From: Bacteroidales bacterium
Lineage (GTDB): Bacteria; Bacteroidota; Bacteroidia; Bacteroidales; P3
DNA: 64,000 bases
NCBI GenBank assembly: GCA_045601425.1
Contig: JAZRZP010000040.1
Coordinates: forward strand, 80,081-144,080
Direction of reading: 5' to 3'
Shown here one piece after another: positions 40,208-48,714 of this stretch. Made by a program: the position numbers and the translations under genes. The notes beneath the pieces are model-generated. The model was given only the letters and a program-made list of their open reading frames with translations, had not been told where the DNA came from and searched no databases. Within the stretch, counting starts at the first letter, position 1, and the number at the start of each line of letters is the position of its first letter.

Positions 40208-42112
40208 ATGACAATATACGAAATATTGAAAAAATACTGGGGATACGACAAGTTTCGTCCCTTGCAGGAAGATATAATAACTTCGGTGTTGAATGGCTGT
40301 GATACGCTGGCCCTGCTTCCCACCGGAGGAGGGAAGTCGATATGCTTTCAGGTGCCGGCAATGGCTTTGGACGGTCTCTGCATCGTAATTTCTCCGCTCA
40401 TTGCCCTAATGAAGGATCAGGTGCAGCACCTCAAGGAAAAGGGTATCAAAGCCGAGGCCATAGTTTCGGGAGTAAGCCGGGCCGAAACGGAACGTATCCT
40501 GAACAACAGTGTTTACAGCGACTTGAAGTTTCTGTACGTATCGCCCGAAAGGCTGAAAAGCCAGTATTTTCTGGAATTTTTCAAAGACATGAAAGTCGGG
40601 CTCATTGCTGTTGACGAGGCACATTGCATATCGCAGTGGGGCTACGACTTCCGTCCGCCTTATCTCGAGATTGCCGCAATAAGGGAATATCATCCCGGAG
40701 TTCCGGTAATGGCACTCACGGCAACCGCCACTCCTGCAGTGGTGGCCGACATTCAGAACAAACTTGCTTTTTCGAAAAAACGCAACGTGTTCCGTAAGAG
40801 TTTTTACCGCGACAACCTCACCTACATGGCTTTTTTCGAGGAGGACAAGAACGGAAGGATGTTGCGGATTATCAATGCCATAAAAGGTTCGGGCATCGTG
40901 TATGTGCGAAACCGGCGGCGTACTCAGGAGATTGCGGAATTCCTTTACTCAAAGGGGATAAAGTCTTCGTTTTATCATGCCGGACTCAGCACCGAAGTCC
41001 GCGATGTGCGTCAGAAAAAATGGATGGACGGCGAAATACAGGTTATTGTAGCCACCAACGCTTTCGGCATGGGCATAGACAAACCCGACGTGCGTTTCGT
41101 GATACATGTAGATCTGCCGGATTCGCCCGAGGCTTATTTTCAGGAAGCCGGTCGCGGCGGCAGAGATGAGAAACAAGCCTATGCCGTGATTCTTTACGAC
41201 AATACCGACATCGAATCACTGAAACAGAACCTGCAGATGTCGTTCCCCTCGCTGACTTACATCAGAAACGTGTACAATGCTGTCTGCAATTTCTACAGAA
41301 TCCCCGAAGGCAGCGGTGCCAACGTGAAGTTCGATTTCGATCCCGTTGCCATCTGCAATGCCTACAAAATGCAGGTCGTGCCGTTTTTCAGCGCTCTGCG
41401 TTTTCTGGAAAAAGAAGGTCTGCTGATGATTCCCGAAAAACAGGAAACCATGTCGCAGGTGAAAATACTCTGCGACAAACAGGAACTTTATGCCTTTCAG
41501 GTAGAAAACCGCAGATATGACGACATGCTGAAACTGATGCTCAGGCTCTATGGTGGACTATTTACGACGCATGTCACGATAAACGAGAAATTTTTGGCAA
41601 AGAAGATGATGTACGATGAATGTGATATTGTGAATTTTCTGCGAAGGCTGCACCAGCGGGGAATCATCGACTACCGCGAAAAGGAAACTTCTCCGCAGAT
41701 TGTTTTCCTTGCCGAAAGAATAAATCCGAACAACCTGTACATAAGTGATGAGAATTATAAAATGCTGAAAGACAACGCTATGACCCGCATGAATGCAATG
41801 GTGGATTACGTGCGCGGAACCGACAGGTGCAGGAGCAGCGCTTTGCTGTACTATTTCGGCGAAAAAAACAGCATACGTTGCGGGCGTTGCGACGTGTGCA
41901 TCGCCCAAAGGCGTTCCTCCGACAGGGAAATCCTGCAGATGCGGATTCTGGAAGTCCTGAAGACTAACCCCTTGACAATAAAGAAACTCTGTGCCGAAAT
42001 CCCCAAACTCGATGAAAGGGAAATTACCGGAACGGTTCGTGAAATGCTCGACTGCAACGTGATCGGCATAGACGAGGACATGCAGCTGTTCGTGAAACAG
42101 AAGGGAAGATAA
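40208..42112 (+). CDS. RecQ family ATP-dependent DNA helicase (second paralog, no HRDC)
   Basis: LPTGGGKSICFQVP; VDEAHCISQWGYDFRPPY; RQC Zn cluster CGRCDVC. 634 aa. Confidence 0.85.
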   Translation: MTIYEILKKYWGYDKFRPLQEDIITSVLNGCDTLALLPTGGGKSICFQVPAMALDGLCIVISPLIALMKDQVQHLKEKGIKAEAIVSGVSRAETERILNNSVYSDLKFLYVSPERLKSQYFLEFFKDMKVGLIAVDEAHCISQWGYDFRPPYLEIAAIREYHPGVPVMALTATATPAVVADIQNKLAFSKKRNVFRKSFYRDNLTYMAFFEEDKNGRMLRIINAIKGSGIVYVRNRRRTQEIAEFLYSKGIKSSFYHAGLSTEVRDVRQKKWMDGEIQVIVATNAFGMGIDKPDVRFVIHVDLPDSPEAYFQEAGRGGRDEKQAYAVILYDNTDIESLKQNLQMSFPSLTYIRNVYNAVCNFYRIPEGSGANVKFDFDPVAICNAYKMQVVPFFSALRFLEKEGLLMIPEKQETMSQVKILCDKQELYAFQVENRRYDDMLKLMLRLYGGLFTTHVTINEKFLAKKMMYDECDIVNFLRRLHQRGIIDYREKETSPQIVFLAERINPNNLYISDENYKMLKDNAMTRMNAMVDYVRGTDRCRSSALLYYFGEKNSIRCGRCDVCIAQRRSSDREILQMRILEVLKTNPLTIKKLCAEIPKLDEREITGTVREMLDCNVIGIDEDMQLFVKQKGR

Positions 42113-42212
42113 TCCCTTGGGTGAGGGTGTATGTATTTGCGGTTTGCTTCATTTCACGGCAAGGTTACGGAAAGTTTTCGGAACTTGCAAGCGTGGGAGA
42201 AAAAAATTTTTT

Positions 42213-44066
42213 TCAGAACTGGAAATATATGAACGGTTGCAGGTCGGCGGTGACGAACTGATACAGACCGAACACAGCAGCCACGGTTATGAGAAGCATT
42301 GCCCAGATGGGGAGCATCGCAAAAGATATCCGGTAGTGGCGTTTCCAGCGTTCCGGCAGCCAGTGTATTGCCATGCCAATTGCAAACAGTACGAATACGG
42401 GAGCGTAGTTTGAGAGAATTTGCGGAATCTGTCCGAAATTCCAGTGGCTTCCCATCTGGTTGACCATGTTCTTGGCGGTGTTCCATGCCACGGCATTGGC
42501 TTCGGCCGGGTCGAGGTTGGAGCCGCTGCGGAAAAACAGGCGTGTGAAACTGATGAATACGAAGGTGAGAAAAATGCTCCATCCCCGGTTGAGCCATTTT
42601 ATCGGTTGGCCTTTTGTTATGACAGTGTAAAGAAAATCCACCATGGTGCCGAAGAATATGATTCCGGTCCATACCACCCCAACGCAGAGTGCCGGTCGGT
42701 TGAAAACGGCTTGCAGGCTTACAAAAGCGAGCCACAGAATACCGGTGGCTGCGACTTTGGTGCGTTTTGTCTGTTTTTTCCACCATTTGTAAACCAGTAT
42801 TCCCATGCCGTTGAGTCCGCCCCAAGTGATGAAGTTGAAGCTGGCACCGTGCCAGAGTCCGCCGAGCAGCATGGTGTCCATGTTGTTGAGGTCGGTGCTT
42901 ACCGTCTTGCGGTTTTTGGGTACAAGTATGTAGTATCCTATTATCAGCGAAAGTAGCGAGATGATTGTTACGGTAACCCAAGTGGTTTTTGCCATGACGC
43001 CTATCATGGCGGCTATTCCGGCGAGTATTGTCCACGAAACCCATGTGCCTCTGCGGTTTCCTCCGATGGGTATGTAGAGGTAGTCTTTCAGCCAGTTTGA
43101 TAGCGACATGTGCCAGCGTTTCCAGAATCCGGCCGGATTGGTGGCCTTGTAGGGAGAGTTGAAGTTCTTGGGCAGATAAAATCCCATCAGCATTGCCACG
43201 CCCGTTGCTATGTCGGTGTAACCCGAAAAGTCGGCATATACCTGCAGGGAATAAATCATGAGTGCCGAAAGATTTTCGAAAGGCGTGAACAGCAGCGGGT
43301 TGTCGAAGACCCTGTCGACGAAATTCACCGCAAGGTAGTCGCTGAGTATTATTTTCTTGGCAAGGCCGTTTATGATCCAGAAAAGGGCAATGCCGAACTG
43401 TTTCTTCGTGAGGAAATAAGGTTTGTAAATCTGCGGCACGAACTGGTCGGCACGGATGATTGGGCCGGCAACGAGCTGCGGGAAGAACGATGTATAGAAT
43501 CCGAAGTCGAATACGTTGCTTACGTGTGGAATTTTCCTGCGATAGACATCGACTATGTAGCTTATGTTCTGAAATGTGAAGAATGAGATTCCGACAGGGA
43601 GCAGTATTTTCGATGCGTCGAAACGTGTGGTGTTGCCGATGTCGTTGGCCCATAGGGCAAGGTAGTTTATCACCTTGTTGTCGGTTTCCATCATGGTGTT
43701 GTACACGTCGGTGAAGAAGTATGCGTACTTGAAGTAGCACAGTATCAGCAGGTTGACTGTAACTCCGACGGTTGCAAGAAGTTTGCGTTTCCATTTTTCC
43801 TCATGTCTGTCCATTCCTATGCCGAGAAAATATCCCAGCAGTGTGGAAAGGATGAGGAGCAGCACCATCAGTCCCGAAGTTTTGTAGTAGAAGAATAGGC
43901 TTACAAGGAAGAGGAAAGCGTTGCGCATCAGACGCCTGTTGTGAAGGAAAGAAAAAAACACCATAACCAGAGCCATGAACACCCAAAAATTAAATTGGGT
44001 AAACAGCAGAGGATGCGTGTCGTCGAAGGCGAGCAGGTTAGAAAAAAAAACTTTCAGATTGTTCAT
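42213..44066 (-). CDS. MBOAT family membrane-bound O-acyltransferase (AlgI/DltB/PatA-like)
   Basis: Multi-TM protein with the conserved MBOAT His region (WKRWHMSLSNWLKDYLYIPIGG). Start set at the internal ATG 44066 (MNNLKVFF); the ORF extends to 44174. Confidence 0.8.
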   Translation of the reverse strand: MNNLKVFFSNLLAFDDTHPLLFTQFNFWVFMALVMVFFSFLHNRRLMRNAFLFLVSLFFYYKTSGLMVLLLILSTLLGYFLGIGMDRHEEKWKRKLLATVGVTVNLLILCYFKYAYFFTDVYNTMMETDNKVINYLALWANDIGNTTRFDASKILLPVGISFFTFQNISYIVDVYRRKIPHVSNVFDFGFYTSFFPQLVAGPIIRADQFVPQIYKPYFLTKKQFGIALFWIINGLAKKIILSDYLAVNFVDRVFDNPLLFTPFENLSALMIYSLQVYADFSGYTDIATGVAMLMGFYLPKNFNSPYKATNPAGFWKRWHMSLSNWLKDYLYIPIGGNRRGTWVSWTILAGIAAMIGVMAKTTWVTVTIISLLSLIIGYYILVPKNRKTVSTDLNNMDTMLLGGLWHGASFNFITWGGLNGMGILVYKWWKKQTKRTKVAATGILWLAFVSLQAVFNRPALCVGVVWTGIIFFGTMVDFLYTVITKGQPIKWLNRGWSIFLTFVFISFTRLFFRSGSNLDPAEANAVAWNTAKNMVNQMGSHWNFGQIPQILSNYAPVFVLFAIGMAIHWLPERWKRHYRISFAMLPIWAMLLITVAAVFGLYQFVTADLQPFIYFQF

Positions 44067-45312
44067 CACCGTAAGAGATTTCTTTGATAAAGGCCTTGTA
44101 GAGCATGTCGCCGATGAGGTTGTAGCCTGCCGTTGTGAAGTGTATTCTGTCGGGCTGGCCGAGTTTGGCATCACGCCACTTGGTCATCGAGGTGAGTCCG
44201 CCCATTATGTCGAACAAGTCCCACACGGCTCCGTCGGTTTCTTTTGCAAGGCGGTAGAATACGTCGTGTGCCAGAAGTCCGTTTTGGTTTACATTGTAAC
44301 GGCGTCGTCCGACCTTTCTGTAACTGTCGTTGTTGGTTATGAAAATGAAGGCGCATTGGGGATTCACCGTGCGTATGCTGTCGATGAGGCGCAGGTAGTT
44401 GTTCTTGAATGCAACGGTGTCGAAATTCGGGCCGGCGGCATCGTTGATGCCGATTCCGAAAATGACGAGGTCGGGTTTTACGAGGCTCAGGTCTTTGCAG
44501 AAATAAGGGCATTTCAGATAGTCGGGTACGGCAGCGCCGTTCACTCCGATGGAAGTCAGGCTGATGCCGGGTTTCCTGTTGCCGAGGTATATGCCAGTGA
44601 GTGTGAATGAGTCACCATCCTTGCAGGGAATCACTATTTTGAATGAATCCACTGCTACAGGCAGTTTGTAGGTGTACCTGCGGGTGAGGAGGCTTATGTG
44701 TGAAGGCTGTACTTTGTAACCTGCTATTTCAAGGTATGGCACTACGTTGCCGACGCTGGAATATCCGAGAACCGTTATGTCTTTGCTGGCAAAGTCGGTG
44801 TCGTGTTCGTTCATACGTATATTTATCCATTCGGTAGAATCGCAGGCCGTTACGGCTATTCCACAGAGTCCGAGTTCGCGCTCGGGATTCTTGTAAACGT
44901 TGCGGCAGAGTTCGAGAGTGTTTGATTTAGAAACGCGGTAGTCGGCAGGATTGTTGCATTTCTTCCCTACGGAATAGGGAAATATCATACCGCGGTCGGC
45001 GGTGAGGCCGGTAAAATTGTTCAGCAGGTTCATTCTCAAACGGTGAGAGAAAGTTCCGGCCTGCACATGTGATCCTCCAATGTGCATTATGCTTACGTTG
45101 CCTTTTCTGGAACTGACTACTTTGCCGAATTTATCGAAAAAAGCCCGCATTGTGGTGCTGTTTCTGTCGTAGGACAGCGTGTCGGCAGCGTATCTGATGA
45201 AAGCGTTCTGCTTTTCAGATTCGTCGTTGATGACTTTCTGTGCAGACACTGGTGCCGATACCGAAATCAGCAGCAAGATGGCCGTTATTTTTGATGTAAT
45301 ACTTTTTGCCAT
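44038..45312 (-). CDS. SGNH/GDSL hydrolase family protein (AlgJ/AlgX/PatB-like partner of the MBOAT)
   Basis: Signal peptide; SGNH block-I-like IMHIGGSHVQ and block-III FGIGINDA. Confidence 0.65.
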   Translation of the reverse strand: MAKSITSKITAILLLISVSAPVSAQKVINDESEKQNAFIRYAADTLSYDRNSTTMRAFFDKFGKVVSSRKGNVSIMHIGGSHVQAGTFSHRLRMNLLNNFTGLTADRGMIFPYSVGKKCNNPADYRVSKSNTLELCRNVYKNPERELGLCGIAVTACDSTEWINIRMNEHDTDFASKDITVLGYSSVGNVVPYLEIAGYKVQPSHISLLTRRYTYKLPVAVDSFKIVIPCKDGDSFTLTGIYLGNRKPGISLTSIGVNGAAVPDYLKCPYFCKDLSLVKPDLVIFGIGINDAAGPNFDTVAFKNNYLRLIDSIRTVNPQCAFIFITNNDSYRKVGRRRYNVNQNGLLAHDVFYRLAKETDGAVWDLFDIMGGLTSMTKWRDAKLGQPDRIHFTTAGYNLIGDMLYKAFIKEISYGDEQSESFFF

Positions 45313-46712
45313 AATTTGTCAAATTTTTCAGGTTTGAATTCTTTTTCTTTGATATATAACTCGTACATTTTTGCAAAAGCATCGCTGAGGTATCCGCCCA
45401 TTTTGTCGGCGCCTTTTTGCGAATAATGCAGATAATCGGCACCTGCCAGACCTTTTGATACCCAAGAAAGCATGGAATTTTTGCCACCCATTACATCGTA
45501 CAGGCTCCAGTAGGCCACGTCGTTTTCGAGCGACATTTTTTTCAGGGCAGCTACCACTTCACCAAGGTGGGGATAAGATTGTATATTGCCTTCTTCCGAG
45601 TAGCACATGTCGGCCGGACCGATGAACACGATGGTGGCTTCGGGGCATGTTTCGCGCAGGCGTCGTATCTGTTTTTCAAGTGCTTCGGCATAGAGTTCTA
45701 TTGATTGGGGGTTGTTGAGGTAAGGTACCGAGTTGCCGCCATATTGCAAAATTATCATGCCGATGTTCATCTGGGAGTATGACTGCTGTTGCTGTGTTGG
45801 GTTTATCATGCAGATCTGATGTCCGGAGGCACCGCGCATGGAAATGTTGTCCACGGCCACGCCACCGCCGTCATCGACCATGATGCCGTATATGTCGGCC
45901 GAACCGGAAACGGAGACGCGTGCCTGTGTGGTGGTTTCCAGTTTCCATGAAAGTTTGTGAATGCCCTGTTCGGAACAGGTTTTCTGTTCGTTGCCTACAG
46001 TCGCTGTGAAGTTTTCTCCAAGATTGTTGAAGAGTATCGTTATTTCGGAGAATTGTCTCAGGTGTTCGTTGCAATGTTGTGAGTTTCCTGCGGTTATATT
46101 GCATGTGGCATTGCCGCTCAACCGGCAGCATTTGGCCATGGGGCCGTAGTTCCCGTTGTTGCGTTCGTATTCTCCGTAAGAGCTGTAGAGGGTTATGGCT
46201 CCCGATGCGGACTGGTTTACCGAAAGCGAAGGTATCGTCTGGCTGAACGGTATGAGACCTACACCGCCGCCGCCGAAAGTTTCCTGCATGTAGCCACGCA
46301 GGGTGTCTGTCATGTGGTCCATCTCTATTTGGGAGTCGCCGTAGTGCAGGATTCGGAGTGTCAGCCCTTTGGAACGGGCTTTCTCTGCTCTGGCAAAGAA
46401 ACTGTCAAAGAAATGTATGTCGTTGTTAGGTAATGAAAATCCCAGTGTGCTGTCGGAAATGTAGTCCCGGTAAAAAACCAGTGTGTCGTAAAATCCGCGC
46501 ATGCGGGCTAATTTCTCTGCACGACGCTTAAGTTCCAGACTGTCGATGTCGGGTGTGTCTGGCTTGTTTCCCGAGGTGAGTATGTTTTCTATTGTGGTGA
46601 AACGCAGGGTGGTGTTGCCTATTCTTATCCCGTCTCTGGGGTACACCAAGCACAAGACTGCCAGCAGTGCAAAGCACGATAATATGAATATCAGTGTCCT
46701 GTATGGTTTCAT
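45285..46712 (-). CDS. SGNH/GDSL hydrolase family protein (second paralog, with N-terminal extension)
   Basis: Signal/anchor; ILHYGDSQIEMDHMTD (GDS motif); IVFIGPADM. Confidence 0.65.
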   Translation of the reverse strand: MKPYRTLIFILSCFALLAVLCLVYPRDGIRIGNTTLRFTTIENILTSGNKPDTPDIDSLELKRRAEKLARMRGFYDTLVFYRDYISDSTLGFSLPNNDIHFFDSFFARAEKARSKGLTLRILHYGDSQIEMDHMTDTLRGYMQETFGGGGVGLIPFSQTIPSLSVNQSASGAITLYSSYGEYERNNGNYGPMAKCCRLSGNATCNITAGNSQHCNEHLRQFSEITILFNNLGENFTATVGNEQKTCSEQGIHKLSWKLETTTQARVSVSGSADIYGIMVDDGGGVAVDNISMRGASGHQICMINPTQQQQSYSQMNIGMIILQYGGNSVPYLNNPQSIELYAEALEKQIRRLRETCPEATIVFIGPADMCYSEEGNIQSYPHLGEVVAALKKMSLENDVAYWSLYDVMGGKNSMLSWVSKGLAGADYLHYSQKGADKMGGYLSDAFAKMYELYIKEKEFKPEKFDKLWQKVLHQK

Positions 46713-46773
46713 TTATTGTTATTATTTTGATTTACAATTGTTTATAAATAAAAATATCCTCAATAACGGTTTG

Positions 46774-46781
46774 CAAAGATA
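46774..46781 (-). promoter_or_regulatory. -7 promoter box (GTATCTTTGCAA on minus) for the SGNH-SGNH-MBOAT operon
   Basis: CAAAGATA on plus, 62 bp upstream of the first ATG (46712). Confidence 0.5.
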
Positions 46782-46947
46782 CGAAAAAAATCCTTTGTTT
46801 CAAAATGTTTTGGAAATGCCCGCAGTTTGAAATGACATTTGTCGGGACTGTGTGAAAAAACATGAATTACCGGTATTTAAGGAGTCGTTTTTTTTGATGA
46901 CGCCGACCGGTGTGAAAAAATCTTTTGCAAGGAATGGAAATTTTTGC

Positions 46948-46955
46948 TACCTTTG
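46948..46955 (+). promoter_or_regulatory. -7 promoter box TACCTTTG (TACCTTTGCAG) for the CYTH gene
   Basis: 22 bp upstream of the ATG at 46977 (short leader). Confidence 0.5.
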
Positions 46956-46976
46956 CAGTTCAAAAAAACCGACAAG

Positions 46977-47975
46977 ATGGCTGATGTTATAAAAATTGCG
47001 CTGGTTGGAGATGAGAGTCGATTCTCATCGGAAATGATTCGTTTTCTGGGCAAATGCTTGGAAAAACACGGTGTCGTGTCTGAAAGATTCATGTACCCAA
47101 GCGGTGCCGTCACGGAAAAATTCACATTGGACAATTTGACGGAAACCCTGTGCCGTATGTCGGGAAAAAGGGAAGAATTTGTTTCAGAAATGGAAACTTC
47201 CGGCAAAAAATCCGTGCTTTTTTGTACCAGTACCGAATTGGAGTTGCTCGACACGATTCCCGGAACGATGCTCGGGGATTTTTTCGGAAAAACCGGATTG
47301 GACACGGCCCGACTCCGTGATGTGCCGTACGATGCGGTGTTTTCCTTTGGCAAAGGCTTTCACATGCCGTCGGAATCATGGATCGGCCATCCTCACTTGA
47401 GGATGTTTGATGCTAGTAAGGATTTTGATTTCCTGTGCAACAGCGTTTGGACTGAACTGAAGATTGTTCTTGGCATTCCGAAACCTTTGGAGATGGAACG
47501 CAAGTTCCTTGTCGTATCGGTCGGGGAAATACCTTGTAGCAGGACTTGCGAGATATACCAGACCTACATCATCCTTCCTGACGGCGAAAAATCCCGAATA
47601 CGTGCGAGGGGAGAAAACGGCAGTTTCCTCTATTTCCAAACAACCAAGGAAGATATAAGTGACGTGTGCCGCAAAGAGGTGGAACGCCGGCTTACTCGCG
47701 ATGAATATCTTGAACTCCTGACTCTGGCCGACCCTCAGAAACGGACAATACACAAGTTACGCACTTGTTTCGCATATCATAACCAGTATTTTGAACTTGA
47801 TACTTTTTTGGCACCGTCCCTGCTGGGTATGTTGCTTGAAACGGAACTGTCTTCCGAGGAACAGAGGGTGGATTTGCCGCCGTTTGTAAAAGTCGTTGCC
47901 GACGTTACCGCCGAAAAGAAATACCATAATTCACAAATAGCAAAAAAGGAAAATTTTCATGATACCGAAAACTGA
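46977..47975 (+). CDS. CYTH-domain (triphosphate tunnel metalloenzyme) protein with an unrecognised ~165-aa N-terminal domain
   Basis: C-terminal half carries the CYTH signature EMERKFLV (E-x-E-x-K) and a downstream acidic/basic tunnel pattern. The N-terminal half (IKIALVGDESRF...) has no Walker motif. Start at the internal ATG 46977. Confidence 0.6.
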   Translation: MADVIKIALVGDESRFSSEMIRFLGKCLEKHGVVSERFMYPSGAVTEKFTLDNLTETLCRMSGKREEFVSEMETSGKKSVLFCTSTELELLDTIPGTMLGDFFGKTGLDTARLRDVPYDAVFSFGKGFHMPSESWIGHPHLRMFDASKDFDFLCNSVWTELKIVLGIPKPLEMERKFLVVSVGEIPCSRTCEIYQTYIILPDGEKSRIRARGENGSFLYFQTTKEDISDVCRKEVERRLTRDEYLELLTLADPQKRTIHKLRTCFAYHNQYFELDTFLAPSLLGMLLETELSSEEQRVDLPPFVKVVADVTAEKKYHNSQIAKKENFHDTEN

Positions 47976-48714
47976 TGTTGAAATCTGTACCGGTTCAGTA
48001 CAGTCGGCAGTGAATGCCAAAAAAGGAGGTGCCACGCGTATAGAGCTTTGCCATGACCTTGCCGAAGGCGGCATTACTCCGTCGTTTGCAGCCATAAAAT
48101 ACTGTGTGGAAGTTCTGAAACTCCGTACTTATGTGCTCGTGCGTCCGAGGGCTGGAGATTTCCGTTACAGCGAAGCCGAGTACGAGACCGTAAAAGCCGA
48201 CGTGGAACTTTGCAAGAAACTCGGTGCGGCCGGTGTTGTTGTCGGTTTTCTTACTCCCGATGGAAAAGTGGATAAGAAACGCACTGCTGAAATTGTGCAA
48301 CTTGCTAAACCAATGGAAGTTACCTTTCATCGTGCTTTCGACCTCTGCTGCGATTACCGCCGTGCCTTACGGGACATAACAGAATGTGGTTGCGACAGAA
48401 TACTCACTTCGGGACTCTCTCCCAAAGCCATCGGCGGTGTGAGCGTGATAAGGGACATTGTGGAACTGTCCGAAGGACGGATAAGTATTATTGCAGGCAG
48501 TGGCATATCACCTCAAAATGTGGCCGAAATAATCGGAAAAACCGGAGTCCGTGAAGTTCATGCCTCGTGCAAAAAACTGTTTTCAGGTACGCCTTTGAAT
48601 CCAGATATCTCCGATACCTCGAATTTTTCCTACACCGAAACTTCCGCCAGCGAGGTCGCAAAATTGCTGCAAATATGTAATTCCATAACCGAAAAACAAT
48701 ATAAACATGAATAA
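47959..48714 (+). CDS. cutC: copper homeostasis protein CutC
   Basis: TIM-barrel CutC family pattern (EICTGSVQSAVNAKKGGATRIELC; FHRAFD; IIAGSGIS). Confidence 0.8.
   Translation: MIPKTDVEICTGSVQSAVNAKKGGATRIELCHDLAEGGITPSFAAIKYCVEVLKLRTYVLVRPRAGDFRYSEAEYETVKADVELCKKLGAAGVVVGFLTPDGKVDKKRTAEIVQLAKPMEVTFHRAFDLCCDYRRALRDITECGCDRILTSGLSPKAIGGVSVIRDIVELSEGRISIIAGSGISPQNVAEIIGKTGVREVHASCKKLFSGTPLNPDISDTSNFSYTETSASEVAKLLQICNSITEKQYKHE

Noticed and set aside
42181-42212. Palindrome GAAAAAAATTTTTTTC between the convergent recQ-family and MBOAT genes
   Set aside because: It is a pure A/T hairpin with essentially no stable stem, and is more likely a compositional artefact of the convergent 3' UTR than a defined terminator. 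Not annotated as a feature.
42154-43794. 546-aa minus-strand ORF overlapping the MBOAT gene in another frame
   Set aside because: Its composition is Arg/His/Gln/Pro-rich with no motifs, whereas the alternative frame (42213..44066) encodes a textbook multi-TM MBOAT. It is a frame-shadow ORF.
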